DNA of 58,330 nucleotides from Thermoanaerobaculia bacterium. Lineage in GTDB: Bacteria; Acidobacteriota; Thermoanaerobaculia; Gp7-AA8. The notes beneath the pieces were generated by a model. That model did no database searches, was not told the DNA's origin, and worked only from the letters and a program-made list of their open reading frames with translations. Positions within the stretch are counted from its first letter, which is position 1, and each line of letters opens with the position of its first letter. Location: contig DASYSN010000021.1 in NCBI GenBank assembly GCA_036003305.1, forward strand, positions 1 to 58,330, read 5' to 3'. The position numbers and the translations under genes are program-made. Of this stretch, positions 27,156-36,614 are shown piece by piece.

Positions 27156-29312
27156 TTATTTCATGTGCGCGTCGAGAAACGCGAGCATCCTCTCGGTCGC
27201 GTCGATCGAGTTCGCGAGCGCCCACAGGCCGGGCACGTGACCCTCGCCCGCGTAGATCGCCAGCTCGGCGTCGCGGCCGAGGCGCTTGAGGGCGTTGAAC
27301 ATCTTCTTCGACTCGAGAACGGGACAGGCGCTGTCCTTCTCGCCGTGAATCAGGAACAGCGGCGTATGGATCTTGTCGGCCTGGTAGTACGGCGAGTTGG
27401 CGATGTAACGATCGAGCGCGGCCCAGGGATGAGTGCCCATGCGCCCCTGGCCCCCCTCCGCCCATGCCGCGCCGCTGGTGTCGGCGCCGTAGTTGCCGGG
27501 AAGGTCGTAAACGCCGTCGAGCGCGATCGCCGCACGGAAGGCGTTCGAGCGCGTGATGATCGCCGCGGTGCTGTACGCGCCGTAGGACTGCCCCATGATC
27601 GCCACGCGATGAGAGTCGATGTACTCGAGCGCCGCGGCGTGCTCGACCTGCGCGACGACTTCGTCGGTCATCTCCTGCACCGGATTCCCTTTGCCGGGCG
27701 GCGAGAGCGGCACGTCGCAGAAGAGCACCGCGTAGCCGCGCGAGGTGAAGACCTGCACGGGAATCGTGTTCGGCGCGCCACCGCCGAAATCGTCGGAATG
27801 CGTCGACAACTGCGCGCCGGAGTAGAAGTAGACGATGCCCGGCAGCTTGTCGCCGCGCTTCGTGCCGGGCGGCAGGAACACGTGAGACGCGACGTGCCGT
27901 TCGCCGACCGTCGTCTCGAACGCCTCCATCGGCCCGACGCCGACCGCGTCGAGGCGCGGCTCGACGTGCGAGAGGCGGCGGACGATTTTCATCCCTCGGT
28001 CGAACAGGTAGTAGTCGCCGGGCGTGGTGAGGCTCTCGAACCGCGCCACGAGCATGTTGTTCGCGATACCGGCCGGCGTGACGCGGCTGCCGTTCGAAAG
28101 CGATTGGACCTTGCCGGTTTTCAGGTCGACGTCGACGACTTCGTGCCCGCTCATGGCGACGAGCGAGCCCGGCGACGGCTGCCAAATCGTCGGCACGGCA
28201 CGCACGTCGAACCGGCGCGGCGCGCTGCCGTCGAGCGGCACCACGGCGATGGCCGCGGGCGCGGAGTAGTCGTATATCTTCTCGTCCGACTCGATGTTCA
28301 CGATCGCGGCGCTGCCGTCGCGGGTCAGGTAAAGCGGCGAGCCGGCGATCGGTCCCAGCGATTCGCCGAGCCGGCGCGCATGCGAAGGATCGTCGAACGG
28401 CGCGATCCAGAGATCGGCCGCTTTCGAGTAGACGAGGCGCTTCGAGTCAGGCGTCCACTGATACGTCCAGTCGAGGCTTCCGTCGTCGGGAACGCGGATG
28501 TCGCGGAACACCGCGACCGGCTTCCCGCCGCCCGCCGGAACGATCACCAGAGATTCATAGAAGTCATCGCTCGATGCGTCTTTCGAGTGGACGACCGAGA
28601 GGTACGAGATCCACTTGCCATCGGGCGAAAGCCGCATCGCGTTCGGCCGAACCTCGGCGTCGTGCGCGACGACGACGCGCGATGCGCCGCTCGCAACGTC
28701 AATGGCAATGATCGGCGACGCTTCCCGGTCGATCAGGTATGCGTTGAGGTCTTCCTGCGGTGCCGTGTCGTGCGTCCGGAAGACGGCGACCCGCGGCCGG
28801 ACGTCACGCGCGGGCGCGGCAGGCGTCGCGGCGCCCGGGCGACGACCCTTCACATAGAGCGTCTTTCCATCCGCGCTCCACAAAGCGCGATCCGACGTCA
28901 GCATGGGGCGGATGTCCGCCAGCCGGCGCTTCGCGCCGGACGCGATGTCGTAGACCCAGACGGACGGCGTGCCGTCCTCGTTCGAGTAGTACGCAAGCTG
29001 GCGGCTGTCGGGCGAGAACGAACCGCGCCAGCACGGGCCCTTCGCACAAATCGCTCGCGGCTCGCCGCCGTCGATGTTGCCGAGCGAGAGATTCAGTCCG
29101 AAGTACACCGGCGGAAATCCGTTCGGCAACGCGTTCACCTCGGCGTCGCCGCTGATCTCCGTCTTCTCCGGAGGCGTGCGGACCTCGTAAGCGAGCCAGC
29201 GGCCGTCGGGACTGACCGTCCCGATGATCATGCGATGGACCTCACGGCGGGAGTAGGCGACGTCGAGCGGAAGAGGGACTGCGAGCGCGGCAGCGAGGAG
29301 GAACGGGATCAC
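27156..29312 (-). CDS. S9 family serine peptidase (beta-propeller plus alpha/beta-hydrolase)
   Basis: 718 aa with a signal peptide and TolB-like propeller repeats. The C-terminus carries GQSYGAYS (nucleophile elbow) and GEKDSACP...EGH. Confidence 0.85.
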   Translation of the reverse strand: MIPFLLAAALAVPLPLDVAYSRREVHRMIIGTVSPDGRWLAYEVRTPPEKTEISGDAEVNALPNGFPPVYFGLNLSLGNIDGGEPRAICAKGPCWRGSFSPDSRQLAYYSNEDGTPSVWVYDIASGAKRRLADIRPMLTSDRALWSADGKTLYVKGRRPGAATPAAPARDVRPRVAVFRTHDTAPQEDLNAYLIDREASPIIAIDVASGASRVVVAHDAEVRPNAMRLSPDGKWISYLSVVHSKDASSDDFYESLVIVPAGGGKPVAVFRDIRVPDDGSLDWTYQWTPDSKRLVYSKAADLWIAPFDDPSHARRLGESLGPIAGSPLYLTRDGSAAIVNIESDEKIYDYSAPAAIAVVPLDGSAPRRFDVRAVPTIWQPSPGSLVAMSGHEVVDVDLKTGKVQSLSNGSRVTPAGIANNMLVARFESLTTPGDYYLFDRGMKIVRRLSHVEPRLDAVGVGPMEAFETTVGERHVASHVFLPPGTKRGDKLPGIVYFYSGAQLSTHSDDFGGGAPNTIPVQVFTSRGYAVLFCDVPLSPPGKGNPVQEMTDEVVAQVEHAAALEYIDSHRVAIMGQSYGAYSTAAIITRSNAFRAAIALDGVYDLPGNYGADTSGAAWAEGGQGRMGTHPWAALDRYIANSPYYQADKIHTPLFLIHGEKDSACPVLESKKMFNALKRLGRDAELAIYAGEGHVPGLWALANSIDATERMLAFLDAHMK

Positions 29313-29317
29313 CGGCG

Positions 29318-29692
29318 CTATCGTCGCATAACCGAGTCGAGAATCATCAGGAACGCTTCCTGCTGCTTCGGATCGGTCTTGTTGATCACGGCGATCGTCT
29401 CGCCGATGCGGAAGCGCTGGTGGAGCTCATCCGCGGAGTGCGAGGAGGTCACGACGATGCGGCGAGGCGGTACGCCTTTCTGCCGCGCGTAGTCGACGAA
29501 CTTCTTCCCGTCCATCCCCGGCATTTCCAGGTCGACGATCAGGAGGTCGATCTCACCGTCGATCTTCGGGAGCGCGTCGTACGGATGCGTGTAGCTCTCG
29601 ACCTTCACCGAGTCGGGGTAGCGCTCCAGAATGAAATTCGACCAGAGATCTCCGTACGCGACGGAGTCGTCGACGATCACGACGCGCTTCAT
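29318..29692 (-). CDS. Stand-alone response-regulator receiver protein
   Basis: The protein is [10 protein letters not shown]...DLLIVDLEMPGMDG..., 124 aa. ATG at 29690-29692 overlaps the pyrC stop codon (ATGA). Confidence 0.8.
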   Translation of the reverse strand: MKRVVIVDDSVAYGDLWSNFILERYPDSVKVESYTHPYDALPKIDGEIDLLIVDLEMPGMDGKKFVDYARQKGVPPRRIVVTSSHSADELHQRFRIGETIAVINKTDPKQQEAFLMILDSVMRR

Positions 29693-30996
29693 CGCTTCGT
29701 TTTCTTCTTTGCGACCGGCGCCGCGAGTCTGGCGTCGTGCTTCACGACGCCGCCGACGACCGTCGCGATCACCCGGCCGTGCAGCGTCTGTCCGATAAAG
29801 GGCGAGTTCTGCGCCATCGAGAGGAACGGCGTCGCAACGGTGCTCTTCGCCGCCGGATCGACGATCGTGATGTCTCCGAGCGCGCCACTCCTCAGCGTAC
29901 CGCCGGCGAGGTTGAAGATCCGGGCCGGACCGCACGACAGCAGATCGACGAGGCGATCGAGACCGATGGCCTTCCTGGCGACGAGCTGCGAATAGCAGAC
30001 GGCGAACGCCGTCTCGAGTCCGATGACGCCGAACGGCGCGAGATCGAACTCGACGTTCTTCTCGTCGACGTGATGCGGCGCGTGATCCGTTGCGATCGCG
30101 TCGACCGTCCCGTCGGCGATCCCGGCGACGATCGCGTCGCGGTGTTCCTTCGAGCGCAGCGGCGGATTCATCTTGAGGTTCGTCGAGAACGACTGCACCG
30201 TTTCGTCGGTGAGCGCGATGTGGTGCGGTGTCACCTCGCACGTCACGTGCACGCCGGACTTCCGGGCGCTCCGTACCACCTCGATCGCGCCCGCGGTCGA
30301 CAGGTGTGCGATGTGAAGGTGCGCGTTGGTCAGCCGCGCCAGGATCACGTCGCGTGCGACGAGTGTTTCCTCCGAAGCAGCCGGGATGCCGCCCATGCCG
30401 AGGAGCGTCGAGTAGTAGCCCTCGTGCATGACGCCGCCTTCGTTGAGCTGCGCGTCCTCCTCGTGCGCGATCACAGGAATGCCGAGCATCGAGCAGTACT
30501 CGAGCGCCCGGCGCATGAGCTGCGCGTTGTAGACCGGCTTTCCGTCGTCGCTGACGCCGACGCAACCCGCCGTCCGAAGGTCCGCGAGCTCCGCCAGCTC
30601 CTCGCCGCGCAGTCCCTTGCTGACCGCACCGATCGGATAGACGCGGCACGCGCCGTTTCTCCGCGCCTCGGCGACGACCATCTCCGTCACCGCGCGCTCG
30701 TCGTTCGGCGGCAGCGTGTTCGCCATCGCGCAGACGGCCGTGTAGCCACCCGCGACGGCGGCGCGCGTGCCGGTGGCGATCGTCTCCTTGTGCTCCTGCC
30801 CCGGCTCGCGAAGATGCGTGTGCAGGTCGATGAAGCCGGGCGTCACGACGAGTCCATCGGCATCGAGGACGTCGACGTTCGCCCTAACCTTCTTGTCGAC
30901 GCGCGCAATGCGGCCGTCTTCGATGAGCACGTCGAGCTTCGCGTCGAGCTCCTGCGACGGATCCAAGACGCGGCCGTTGGTGATGAGCAGGTTCAT
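29689..30996 (-). CDS. pyrC: Dihydroorotase
   Basis: 435 aa with the motifs [14 protein letters not shown] and DHAPH. It overlaps pyrB by 4 nt. Confidence 0.9.
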   Translation of the reverse strand: MNLLITNGRVLDPSQELDAKLDVLIEDGRIARVDKKVRANVDVLDADGLVVTPGFIDLHTHLREPGQEHKETIATGTRAAVAGGYTAVCAMANTLPPNDERAVTEMVVAEARRNGACRVYPIGAVSKGLRGEELAELADLRTAGCVGVSDDGKPVYNAQLMRRALEYCSMLGIPVIAHEEDAQLNEGGVMHEGYYSTLLGMGGIPAASEETLVARDVILARLTNAHLHIAHLSTAGAIEVVRSARKSGVHVTCEVTPHHIALTDETVQSFSTNLKMNPPLRSKEHRDAIVAGIADGTVDAIATDHAPHHVDEKNVEFDLAPFGVIGLETAFAVCYSQLVARKAIGLDRLVDLLSCGPARIFNLAGGTLRSGALGDITIVDPAAKSTVATPFLSMAQNSPFIGQTLHGRVIATVVGGVVKHDARLAAPVAKKKTKR

Positions 30997-31934
30997 TCGC
31001 TGAGGTGCGCTCCTCCGAGGAGATAGAGAACGGCCATCCGCACCGCGACGCCGTTCGTCACCTGTTCGAGAATGACCGAGCGCTCCGGGTTGTCCGCGAC
31101 GTCGCTGGCGATCTCGACGCCTCGATTCATCGGGCCGGGATGCATGACGATGACGCTTTTCTTCGCCCGTTTCAGCCGCGCCTCGGTCAGGCCGAAGGTG
31201 TTGTAGTACTCACGCAGAGACGGGAAGCTGAGCTTTCCCTGCCGCTCGAGCTGGATGCGCAGCATCATGATCACGTCGGCGCCGTCGATCGCCTTGTCGA
31301 GCGAGTGCGCCACGCGGACGCCCATCCTCTCGACCGCGGCCGGGATCAGCGACGGCGGGCCGGCGACCGTGACGTTCGCCTCCATCTTCGTCAGGAGGTG
31401 AATGTTCGAGCGGACCACGCGCGAGTGCGCGATGTCGCCGATGATCGAAACGTTGACGCCTTTGAGCCGCCCAAGGCGCTCGCGAATCGTGAACGCGTCG
31501 AGCAGCGCCTGCGTCGGATGCTCGTGCGCGCCGTCGCCCGCGTTGATGATCGACGCCGGAAGCCGCTCCGCGAGCATCTTCGGGGCGCCGGGATACTTGT
31601 GGCGGATGACGATCATGTCCGGCCGCATCGCCATCAGGTTCTCGGCCGTGTCGATCAGCGTCTCGCCCTTCTCGACGCTCGAGCCGGATGCCGCGAAGTT
31701 GAGCGTGTCGGCCGAGAGACGCTTCTCCGCGATCTCGAACGAGACGCGGGTGCGCGTCGACGCCTCCATGAACAGGTTGATGACGAGCTGCCCGCGGAGC
31801 GCAGGCACCTTTTTCACCGGCCGTTCGCTGACTTCCTTGAAGCCTTCGGCGGTGTCAAGAATGAGATTGATCTCGTCGGGAGAGAGCGGCTCGATGCCGA
31901 GTAGGTCTTTGGAGCGGAGTCCGGAAGCGCGCAA
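30993..31934 (-). CDS. pyrB: Aspartate carbamoyltransferase catalytic subunit
   Basis: 313 aa with the motifs STRTR, HPTQ and HPGP. Confidence 0.9.
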   Translation of the reverse strand: MRASGLRSKDLLGIEPLSPDEINLILDTAEGFKEVSERPVKKVPALRGQLVINLFMEASTRTRVSFEIAEKRLSADTLNFAASGSSVEKGETLIDTAENLMAMRPDMIVIRHKYPGAPKMLAERLPASIINAGDGAHEHPTQALLDAFTIRERLGRLKGVNVSIIGDIAHSRVVRSNIHLLTKMEANVTVAGPPSLIPAAVERMGVRVAHSLDKAIDGADVIMMLRIQLERQGKLSFPSLREYYNTFGLTEARLKRAKKSVIVMHPGPMNRGVEIASDVADNPERSVILEQVTNGVAVRMAVLYLLGGAHLSE

Positions 31935-31935
31935 C

Positions 31936-32472
31936 CTACTTTTCCATGATCAAGACTTCATCCTCGTCGTCCGTCTCGGCCAGCTTCACCTTGATCACTT
32001 CGTTCGCGTCGGTCGGGACGGTTTTGCCGATCACGTCGGCGTGGATCGGAAGCTCGCGATGGCCGCGGTCGATCAGGACGGCGAGCATCACCTTTCGCGG
32101 GCGGCCGAAGTCGATGAGCGCGTCGAGGGCGGCGCGGACCGTGCGGCCGGTGTAGAGAACGTCGTCGACGAGCACCACGACCTTGTCGTCGATCGGCTCC
32201 GGCAGCTTCGTCGGCTTCACGACCGGCTGCGGCGCGATGGTGGTGAGGTCGTCGCGATAGAGGGTGATGTCGAGGATGCCGAACGGCACCTGCGTCCCCT
32301 CCATCTCGGTGATCTCTTTCGCCATCCGCTCGCCGATCGGAACGCCGCGGCTGCGGATGCCGACGATGATGAGATCGTCGATTCCGCGGTTCTTTTCGAC
32401 GACTTCGATGGCCATGCGCCGGATCGCGCGGTCCATGCGCGTGGCGTCGAGGAGTTTTTTCTTGACGTTCAT
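31936..32472 (-). CDS. pyrR: Bifunctional pyrimidine operon regulator / uracil phosphoribosyltransferase PyrR
   Basis: The start is trimmed to [21 protein letters not shown] (ATG at 32470-32472). The PRPP-binding motif [13 protein letters not shown] is present. Confidence 0.9.
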   Translation of the reverse strand: MNVKKKLLDATRMDRAIRRMAIEVVEKNRGIDDLIIVGIRSRGVPIGERMAKEITEMEGTQVPFGILDITLYRDDLTTIAPQPVVKPTKLPEPIDDKVVVLVDDVLYTGRTVRAALDALIDFGRPRKVMLAVLIDRGHRELPIHADVIGKTVPTDANEVIKVKLAETDDEDEVLIMEK

Positions 32473-32546
32473 GCTGCGAAGGCGGCGCGGAGGATAGCAT
32501 GGCGGCGCTCGGCTGAGCACGAATTTCGCACTGCCGAGGCATACGA

Positions 32547-32921
32547 ATGGGTCGAGCGAGAATCCTGATCGTCGAAGACGATTCCGACGTGCGACGTTTG
32601 TTCGCTATCGGGCTGAATCAGCGCGGCTTCGAGGTCAAGCTGGCGTCCAACGGAGCCGACGCCGTCGAGCGGATCCGGACCGAGAAACCGGACGTCATCC
32701 TCCTCGACTGGCTCATGCCACTCATGGACGGCGGCCAGATGCTCGACCACCTCGGCGCCGGCGCCGGGAAGATCCCGATCATCGTCATCAGCGGGGAGCC
32801 CGCGCCGGCGGCGCTCGACCCGCGCGTACAGTCGTGGCTCACGAAGCCGGTGACGATCGACGAGCTGGTGACGGAGATCGAGCGGCGCACGCCGGCCTCG
32901 TCCGGCCGGCAAGTACGCTAG
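32547..32921 (+). CDS. Stand-alone response-regulator receiver protein
   Basis: The protein contains RILIVEDDSDV...DVILLDWLMPLMDG...KP and is 124 aa long. Confidence 0.85.
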   Translation: MGRARILIVEDDSDVRRLFAIGLNQRGFEVKLASNGADAVERIRTEKPDVILLDWLMPLMDGGQMLDHLGAGAGKIPIIVISGEPAPAALDPRVQSWLTKPVTIDELVTEIERRTPASSGRQVR

Positions 32922-32935
32922 AATCAGCCGTTCTC

Positions 32936-33421
32936 ATGGCGAAACTCTTCTTCGTCGGCTTGGACGGCGCAGAGAAAAGCTATCGATTGCAGACGCACCG
33001 TCCGTTCACGGTCGGCCGCGATCCTGGCAACGACATCATCCTGCGCGACCCGAAGGTGTCGCGGCATCACGCCGAGATTGTCTTCGAGCGAGGCTTCTTC
33101 GTCCTGCACGACCTGGCGAGCGCGAACGGCACGTTCGTGAACGGCAAGCGCATCCGTGTGGCGCCGCTCACGCACGGAGCGAAACTGCGTCTCGGCAACA
33201 GTTACGGGCGCTTCTCCGAGGAGCTGCCGACGGAAGAGGGCGCGGAGCCGCTCAAAGCCGTCGAGCCGTTTGAGCAGCCGATGCCGTCGCCGCCGACCGA
33301 GGATCTGAGCGACTTCGTTCCGACCACGACGCATGAGCGGATGAGCGGCTTGAACAACGGTTTGAACATGGACACGCTGCCGCACGAGCAGCTCAGCGTC
33401 GACGACCTAAAAAAAAACTAG
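32936..33421 (+). CDS. FHA domain protein
   Basis: The start is trimmed to MAKLFFVGLDG (ATG at 32936). The FHA core is FTVGRDPGNDIILRDPKVSRHHAEI...DLASANGTFVNG. The gene ends ...DDLKKN-stop inside an A9 tract. Confidence 0.85.
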   Translation: MAKLFFVGLDGAEKSYRLQTHRPFTVGRDPGNDIILRDPKVSRHHAEIVFERGFFVLHDLASANGTFVNGKRIRVAPLTHGAKLRLGNSYGRFSEELPTEEGAEPLKAVEPFEQPMPSPPTEDLSDFVPTTTHERMSGLNNGLNMDTLPHEQLSVDDLKKN

Positions 33422-33549
33422 TTGAAGAGGACGAAGGGCCGACGGAGCCTTTCGAGGCGCCCGAGCCGAGCGGCCCACCGCTCCCGCCATCGCCGCCGCA
33501 ACCTGAAAAAACTGGCTTCTTCAAGTCGCGCTTTCGATTCAGCACCGGC

Positions 33550-34203
33550 ATGCCGGCCGGTGAGACGGTGCGAATCCGCGATGACGAAGGGAACGTCCTC
33601 TTCACCTACCGGAGCTTTGCCTCGGTGATCGGAATCATCGCAGCGCTGGTCGCCTCGATCGTGATCGTGGCGGGTGTCGCGGCAACGCTCTTTCTGCTGG
33701 CGGAGCACAACACCGTGACGGCGTTCGCTGCGCTGGTGCTCAGCGCCTTTTTCGCTCTCGTGATCGTTGCGCTGGTGCCGCCGATCAACGTCACGCTGTT
33801 CAATAACTCCTGCAGGGATTCCTCCCCTGCTCTCACGATCGCGCAGAAGTCGCGCAGCAGTTTTCCGACCGTGACGTTCGCGGTCGTGACTCCCGAGGGA
33901 ACTCCGGTCTGCGTCCTGCGCAAGTCGATCTTCTCGCGGCTGGGGCGCAATCGCTGGAGCATCGACGATGGCGGCTTCGCGATCGAGGAGTCGCTCTCGC
34001 GCGCGCTCCTGCGGAAAATGTTCGGGAAGTTCAGCCGCCGGTATGAGGCGAATGTGGTGGTTTACACGCCGTACGAAGTCGCGCGGATCATCCGGCGCCC
34101 CGACGCTCACGGCGACGTCAACGTCCTCGAGGTCACCAGCGACGCCGCCGACCGGCGGATGCTCGTCGCGCTCGCGACGCTGGTCTTTGGATCCGAGCCA
34201 TAG
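33550..34203 (+). CDS. Membrane protein with a possible LOR/scramblase-like (tubby-fold) C-terminal region
   Basis: 217 aa with two hydrophobic helices. The C-terminal pattern resembles the LURP-one/scramblase family, but weakly. The same frame is open with no stop for 43 codons upstream, back to the FHA stop. Confidence 0.6.
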   Translation: MPAGETVRIRDDEGNVLFTYRSFASVIGIIAALVASIVIVAGVAATLFLLAEHNTVTAFAALVLSAFFALVIVALVPPINVTLFNNSCRDSSPALTIAQKSRSSFPTVTFAVVTPEGTPVCVLRKSIFSRLGRNRWSIDDGGFAIEESLSRALLRKMFGKFSRRYEANVVVYTPYEVARIIRRPDAHGDVNVLEVTSDAADRRMLVALATLVFGSEP

Positions 34204-34204
34204 G

Positions 34205-34280
34205 CCTCGTGTGGCGCAGGCTTTCTAGCCTGCGTCCCCGTGCACCGGAGCGCGGGCTAGAAAGCCCGCGCCACACGAGG
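34205..34280. terminator. Twin-hairpin palindrome between convergent genes
   Basis: The 26-nt arm CCTCGTGTGGCGCAGGCTTTCTAGCC faces GGCTAGAAAGCCCGCGCCACACGAGG (25/26 complementary). Each arm can also fold on itself (GCAGGCT-TTCT-AGCCTGC and GCGGGCT-AGAA-AGCCCGC). Confidence 0.6.
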
Positions 34281-34287
34281 GGACACG

Positions 34288-36540
34288 CTACGGCTGCGGC
34301 GGAGGTGGCGTCGACGCCGGCGGTGTCGGCGGCGCGGGTGTCGGCGGGACGCTGGACATCGGAACGATGTCGATCCCGGTGTAGTAGTGCTTCAGGATCT
34401 GGTCGTACTTCCAGCCGCGGAACGCCATCCCGTACGCGCCGACCTGGCACATGCCGACGCCGTGGCCCCACCCTTTGCCGTAGAACGTGTAGCGATCCAT
34501 GCCGTCGGGGTCCTTCGTCTTCTCGATGACGAAAAGGTTGTCCGGCACGTTGAGCGACCAGCGGATCGGCAGTCCTTTCGCGGTGAACTTCCGGCCGCCT
34601 TCCGCCGTGTACTCCAGCTCGGCGATGCGTTGAGAGGCGTCGATCGTGAGCGGCCGGAGGTCGACGAGCTGCTGGATCGGAAAGCGCTTGTTGATCGACG
34701 CCGCCAGCTCGTCGGCGCGGTAGCTCCGCGTCCAGTCCGCAAAGCTGGAAGTCCGATCGAACGAAGCGCCGTCGTAATTCGCGACGACGATCGCGGCCAC
34801 CGGAACGCGCTTCGCGTTCATCTGGATCACGGCGCGGTCGCCGATCATCACCGGGACGTTCGCGTACTCCTCGTAACGATCGCCAAGGCGCCGGAAAATC
34901 GGAATGCTCGGCGGGAGCGTGTACGCGGTGAGCTTCCCTTCGGCCTTGAGCGTGAGCCGCCGTCCGTCGAGTGCGGCGATCTTCCCGGTGACGTCGCTGA
35001 GCTGATCGTGCTTGCGCAACCAGGCGTTCAGGACCGCGAACAGCTCGTCGCGCGGCATCGCGGCATTGAGGTCGATCTTGTCGATCTCCTGCGCCGGCCA
35101 GAAGCCGTACTTCACGAGGAAAGCCGCGGCGAGGTGCGCCGGATCATCGCTCGCGCCGCTCTGCGGGAAGAAGTATTTGCGGTCCTCGGGGAGCGTCAGC
35201 GTGCTCGCATACGGCGCCGCATTCATCGCATTCGCGAGGTAACGAAGAACATCGCCGCGCCGCGATGACGCGGGCGGCGCGACGTTGACCGGCAACACGG
35301 CCGAGACGGCGCCCGCGACGTCCCGCGCGCTCCACGACCCGCTCTCCGACACGCCCGCGAGCGCCGCGAACACGCGCGCGTTCACCTGCATCTCGGTCAG
35401 GATCGAGCTGTCGGCGCGGCCGGCGAGCGAGAGCATGTCGAGCTCCACGCAGCGCACGCGCTTCAGATACGGCTCGTTCCGATTCGGAAACATCGTCTGC
35501 ACGTCGCTCGTCTCGCCGCCGCAGGTGGCGGTGTAGAGCGCGTCGACCGGTCGTCCTCCGTACGTCATCACGAGGCCCGACGTCTGCTCCACCGCCTGCG
35601 TCGAAAGCGCGTCCTCGCCCGAGTAGCCGAGGTACGCCTGACACGCGGGACCGGGACAGATGTCGAAGCCTTCGGCACGGAACTGGCCGAGGTTGCGGAA
35701 AGCGTACGTGCGCGCAGCGACCGCCTGCGCCTTCAGCGCCTCCACCTCGTCGTAAACCTTCGGTCCCATCTCCGCGGGAACGACGCCGCGCAGGTAGTCC
35801 TCCATGCTCAGCTCATTGATGACGTTGAACTGCCCGCGCAGATTGATGAAGAGTCGTGCGGCGGTGCGGTACTGCTTCTCGCCGATGGCGACCGTGTTCG
35901 CCGTCTGCGGCATGACGAGGAGCGACGCCGTCGTGAGCGTGTAGTGATCGCCTTCGTCGTCCGTGATCTCGATCTTCTTCTCGAACTGCTGATCCGACGG
36001 CCGATGGACGATGAGCATGTCCTTCGGGTAACCGCGCTGCACGAGTTGATCGCGCAGTGCGATGGCCCCCGCTTCTTCCGGAAACTCGCCGGCGAAGATA
36101 CGGTACACCCCGCCGTTCGCGGCGGAAGGGTCGAAGATCTCGTCGACGCGCTGGCCGGTGTCGGTCCGGAGCTTTGCCGCGAAGGCATCCGCGGTCGGCT
36201 TGTCGGAGTACGCGATCACCTGCACCGCGTAATGCATCGCGAGCGGCGTCCGCATCGGCGCGTCGGCCGTGAAGCCGCGCCGAAGCGTCGATGCTCCTTC
36301 ATCGGCAACGAGGAAATAGCCGCCATCGATCCGAGGAAACTTCACGCTCGCCTGGTCGGTCAGCATCCCGACACGAATCCGCGGCTCCGCGATCGTTTTC
36401 GCGTTGCTCACCGGCGTCAGCGCGTTCGGCGAGTGCGCCACGCTCTGTGGCTGCGGTTGCGGCTGCGGCGTTTGCCGCGGCGCGGGCGGCGCCGAGGCGC
36501 ATGCCGCGAGCAATACGACTGCGATGACGGGAAACTTCAT
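34288..36540 (-). CDS. SpoIID/LytB domain protein (lipoprotein, with a possible SPOR-like region)
   Basis: The start is trimmed to MKFPVIAVVLLAACAS (ATG at 36538-36540). The SpoIID signature YGKGWGHGVGMCQVGAYGMA is present. The C-terminus is Pro/Thr-rich. Confidence 0.85.
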   Translation of the reverse strand: MKFPVIAVVLLAACASAPPAPRQTPQPQPQPQSVAHSPNALTPVSNAKTIAEPRIRVGMLTDQASVKFPRIDGGYFLVADEGASTLRRGFTADAPMRTPLAMHYAVQVIAYSDKPTADAFAAKLRTDTGQRVDEIFDPSAANGGVYRIFAGEFPEEAGAIALRDQLVQRGYPKDMLIVHRPSDQQFEKKIEITDDEGDHYTLTTASLLVMPQTANTVAIGEKQYRTAARLFINLRGQFNVINELSMEDYLRGVVPAEMGPKVYDEVEALKAQAVAARTYAFRNLGQFRAEGFDICPGPACQAYLGYSGEDALSTQAVEQTSGLVMTYGGRPVDALYTATCGGETSDVQTMFPNRNEPYLKRVRCVELDMLSLAGRADSSILTEMQVNARVFAALAGVSESGSWSARDVAGAVSAVLPVNVAPPASSRRGDVLRYLANAMNAAPYASTLTLPEDRKYFFPQSGASDDPAHLAAAFLVKYGFWPAQEIDKIDLNAAMPRDELFAVLNAWLRKHDQLSDVTGKIAALDGRRLTLKAEGKLTAYTLPPSIPIFRRLGDRYEEYANVPVMIGDRAVIQMNAKRVPVAAIVVANYDGASFDRTSSFADWTRSYRADELAASINKRFPIQQLVDLRPLTIDASQRIAELEYTAEGGRKFTAKGLPIRWSLNVPDNLFVIEKTKDPDGMDRYTFYGKGWGHGVGMCQVGAYGMAFRGWKYDQILKHYYTGIDIVPMSSVPPTPAPPTPPASTPPPPQP

Positions 36541-36614
36541 ATGGATGAGGCCTCGGTGCAAAAGAAAAGCCCCGCAAACTGCGCGGGGCTTTCCCACATC
36601 GACTCGAATGAAGA

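Noticed and set aside
25646-29492. Plus-strand ORFs of 547 and 803 aa opposite pilT and the S9 peptidase
   Set aside because: These are shadow ORFs of a GC-rich genome. The minus-strand genes have clear Walker/His-box and GxSxG motifs.
29693-30649. Upstream part of the 443-aa ORF 29318-30649
   Set aside because: This is Arg/Gly-rich shadow sequence overlapping pyrC. Only the last 124 codons (the receiver domain) look real.
32473-32546. PyrR-binding attenuator in the pyrR leader
   Set aside because: The 74-nt divergent spacer shows no recognisable PyrR binding loop or terminator/antiterminator pair.
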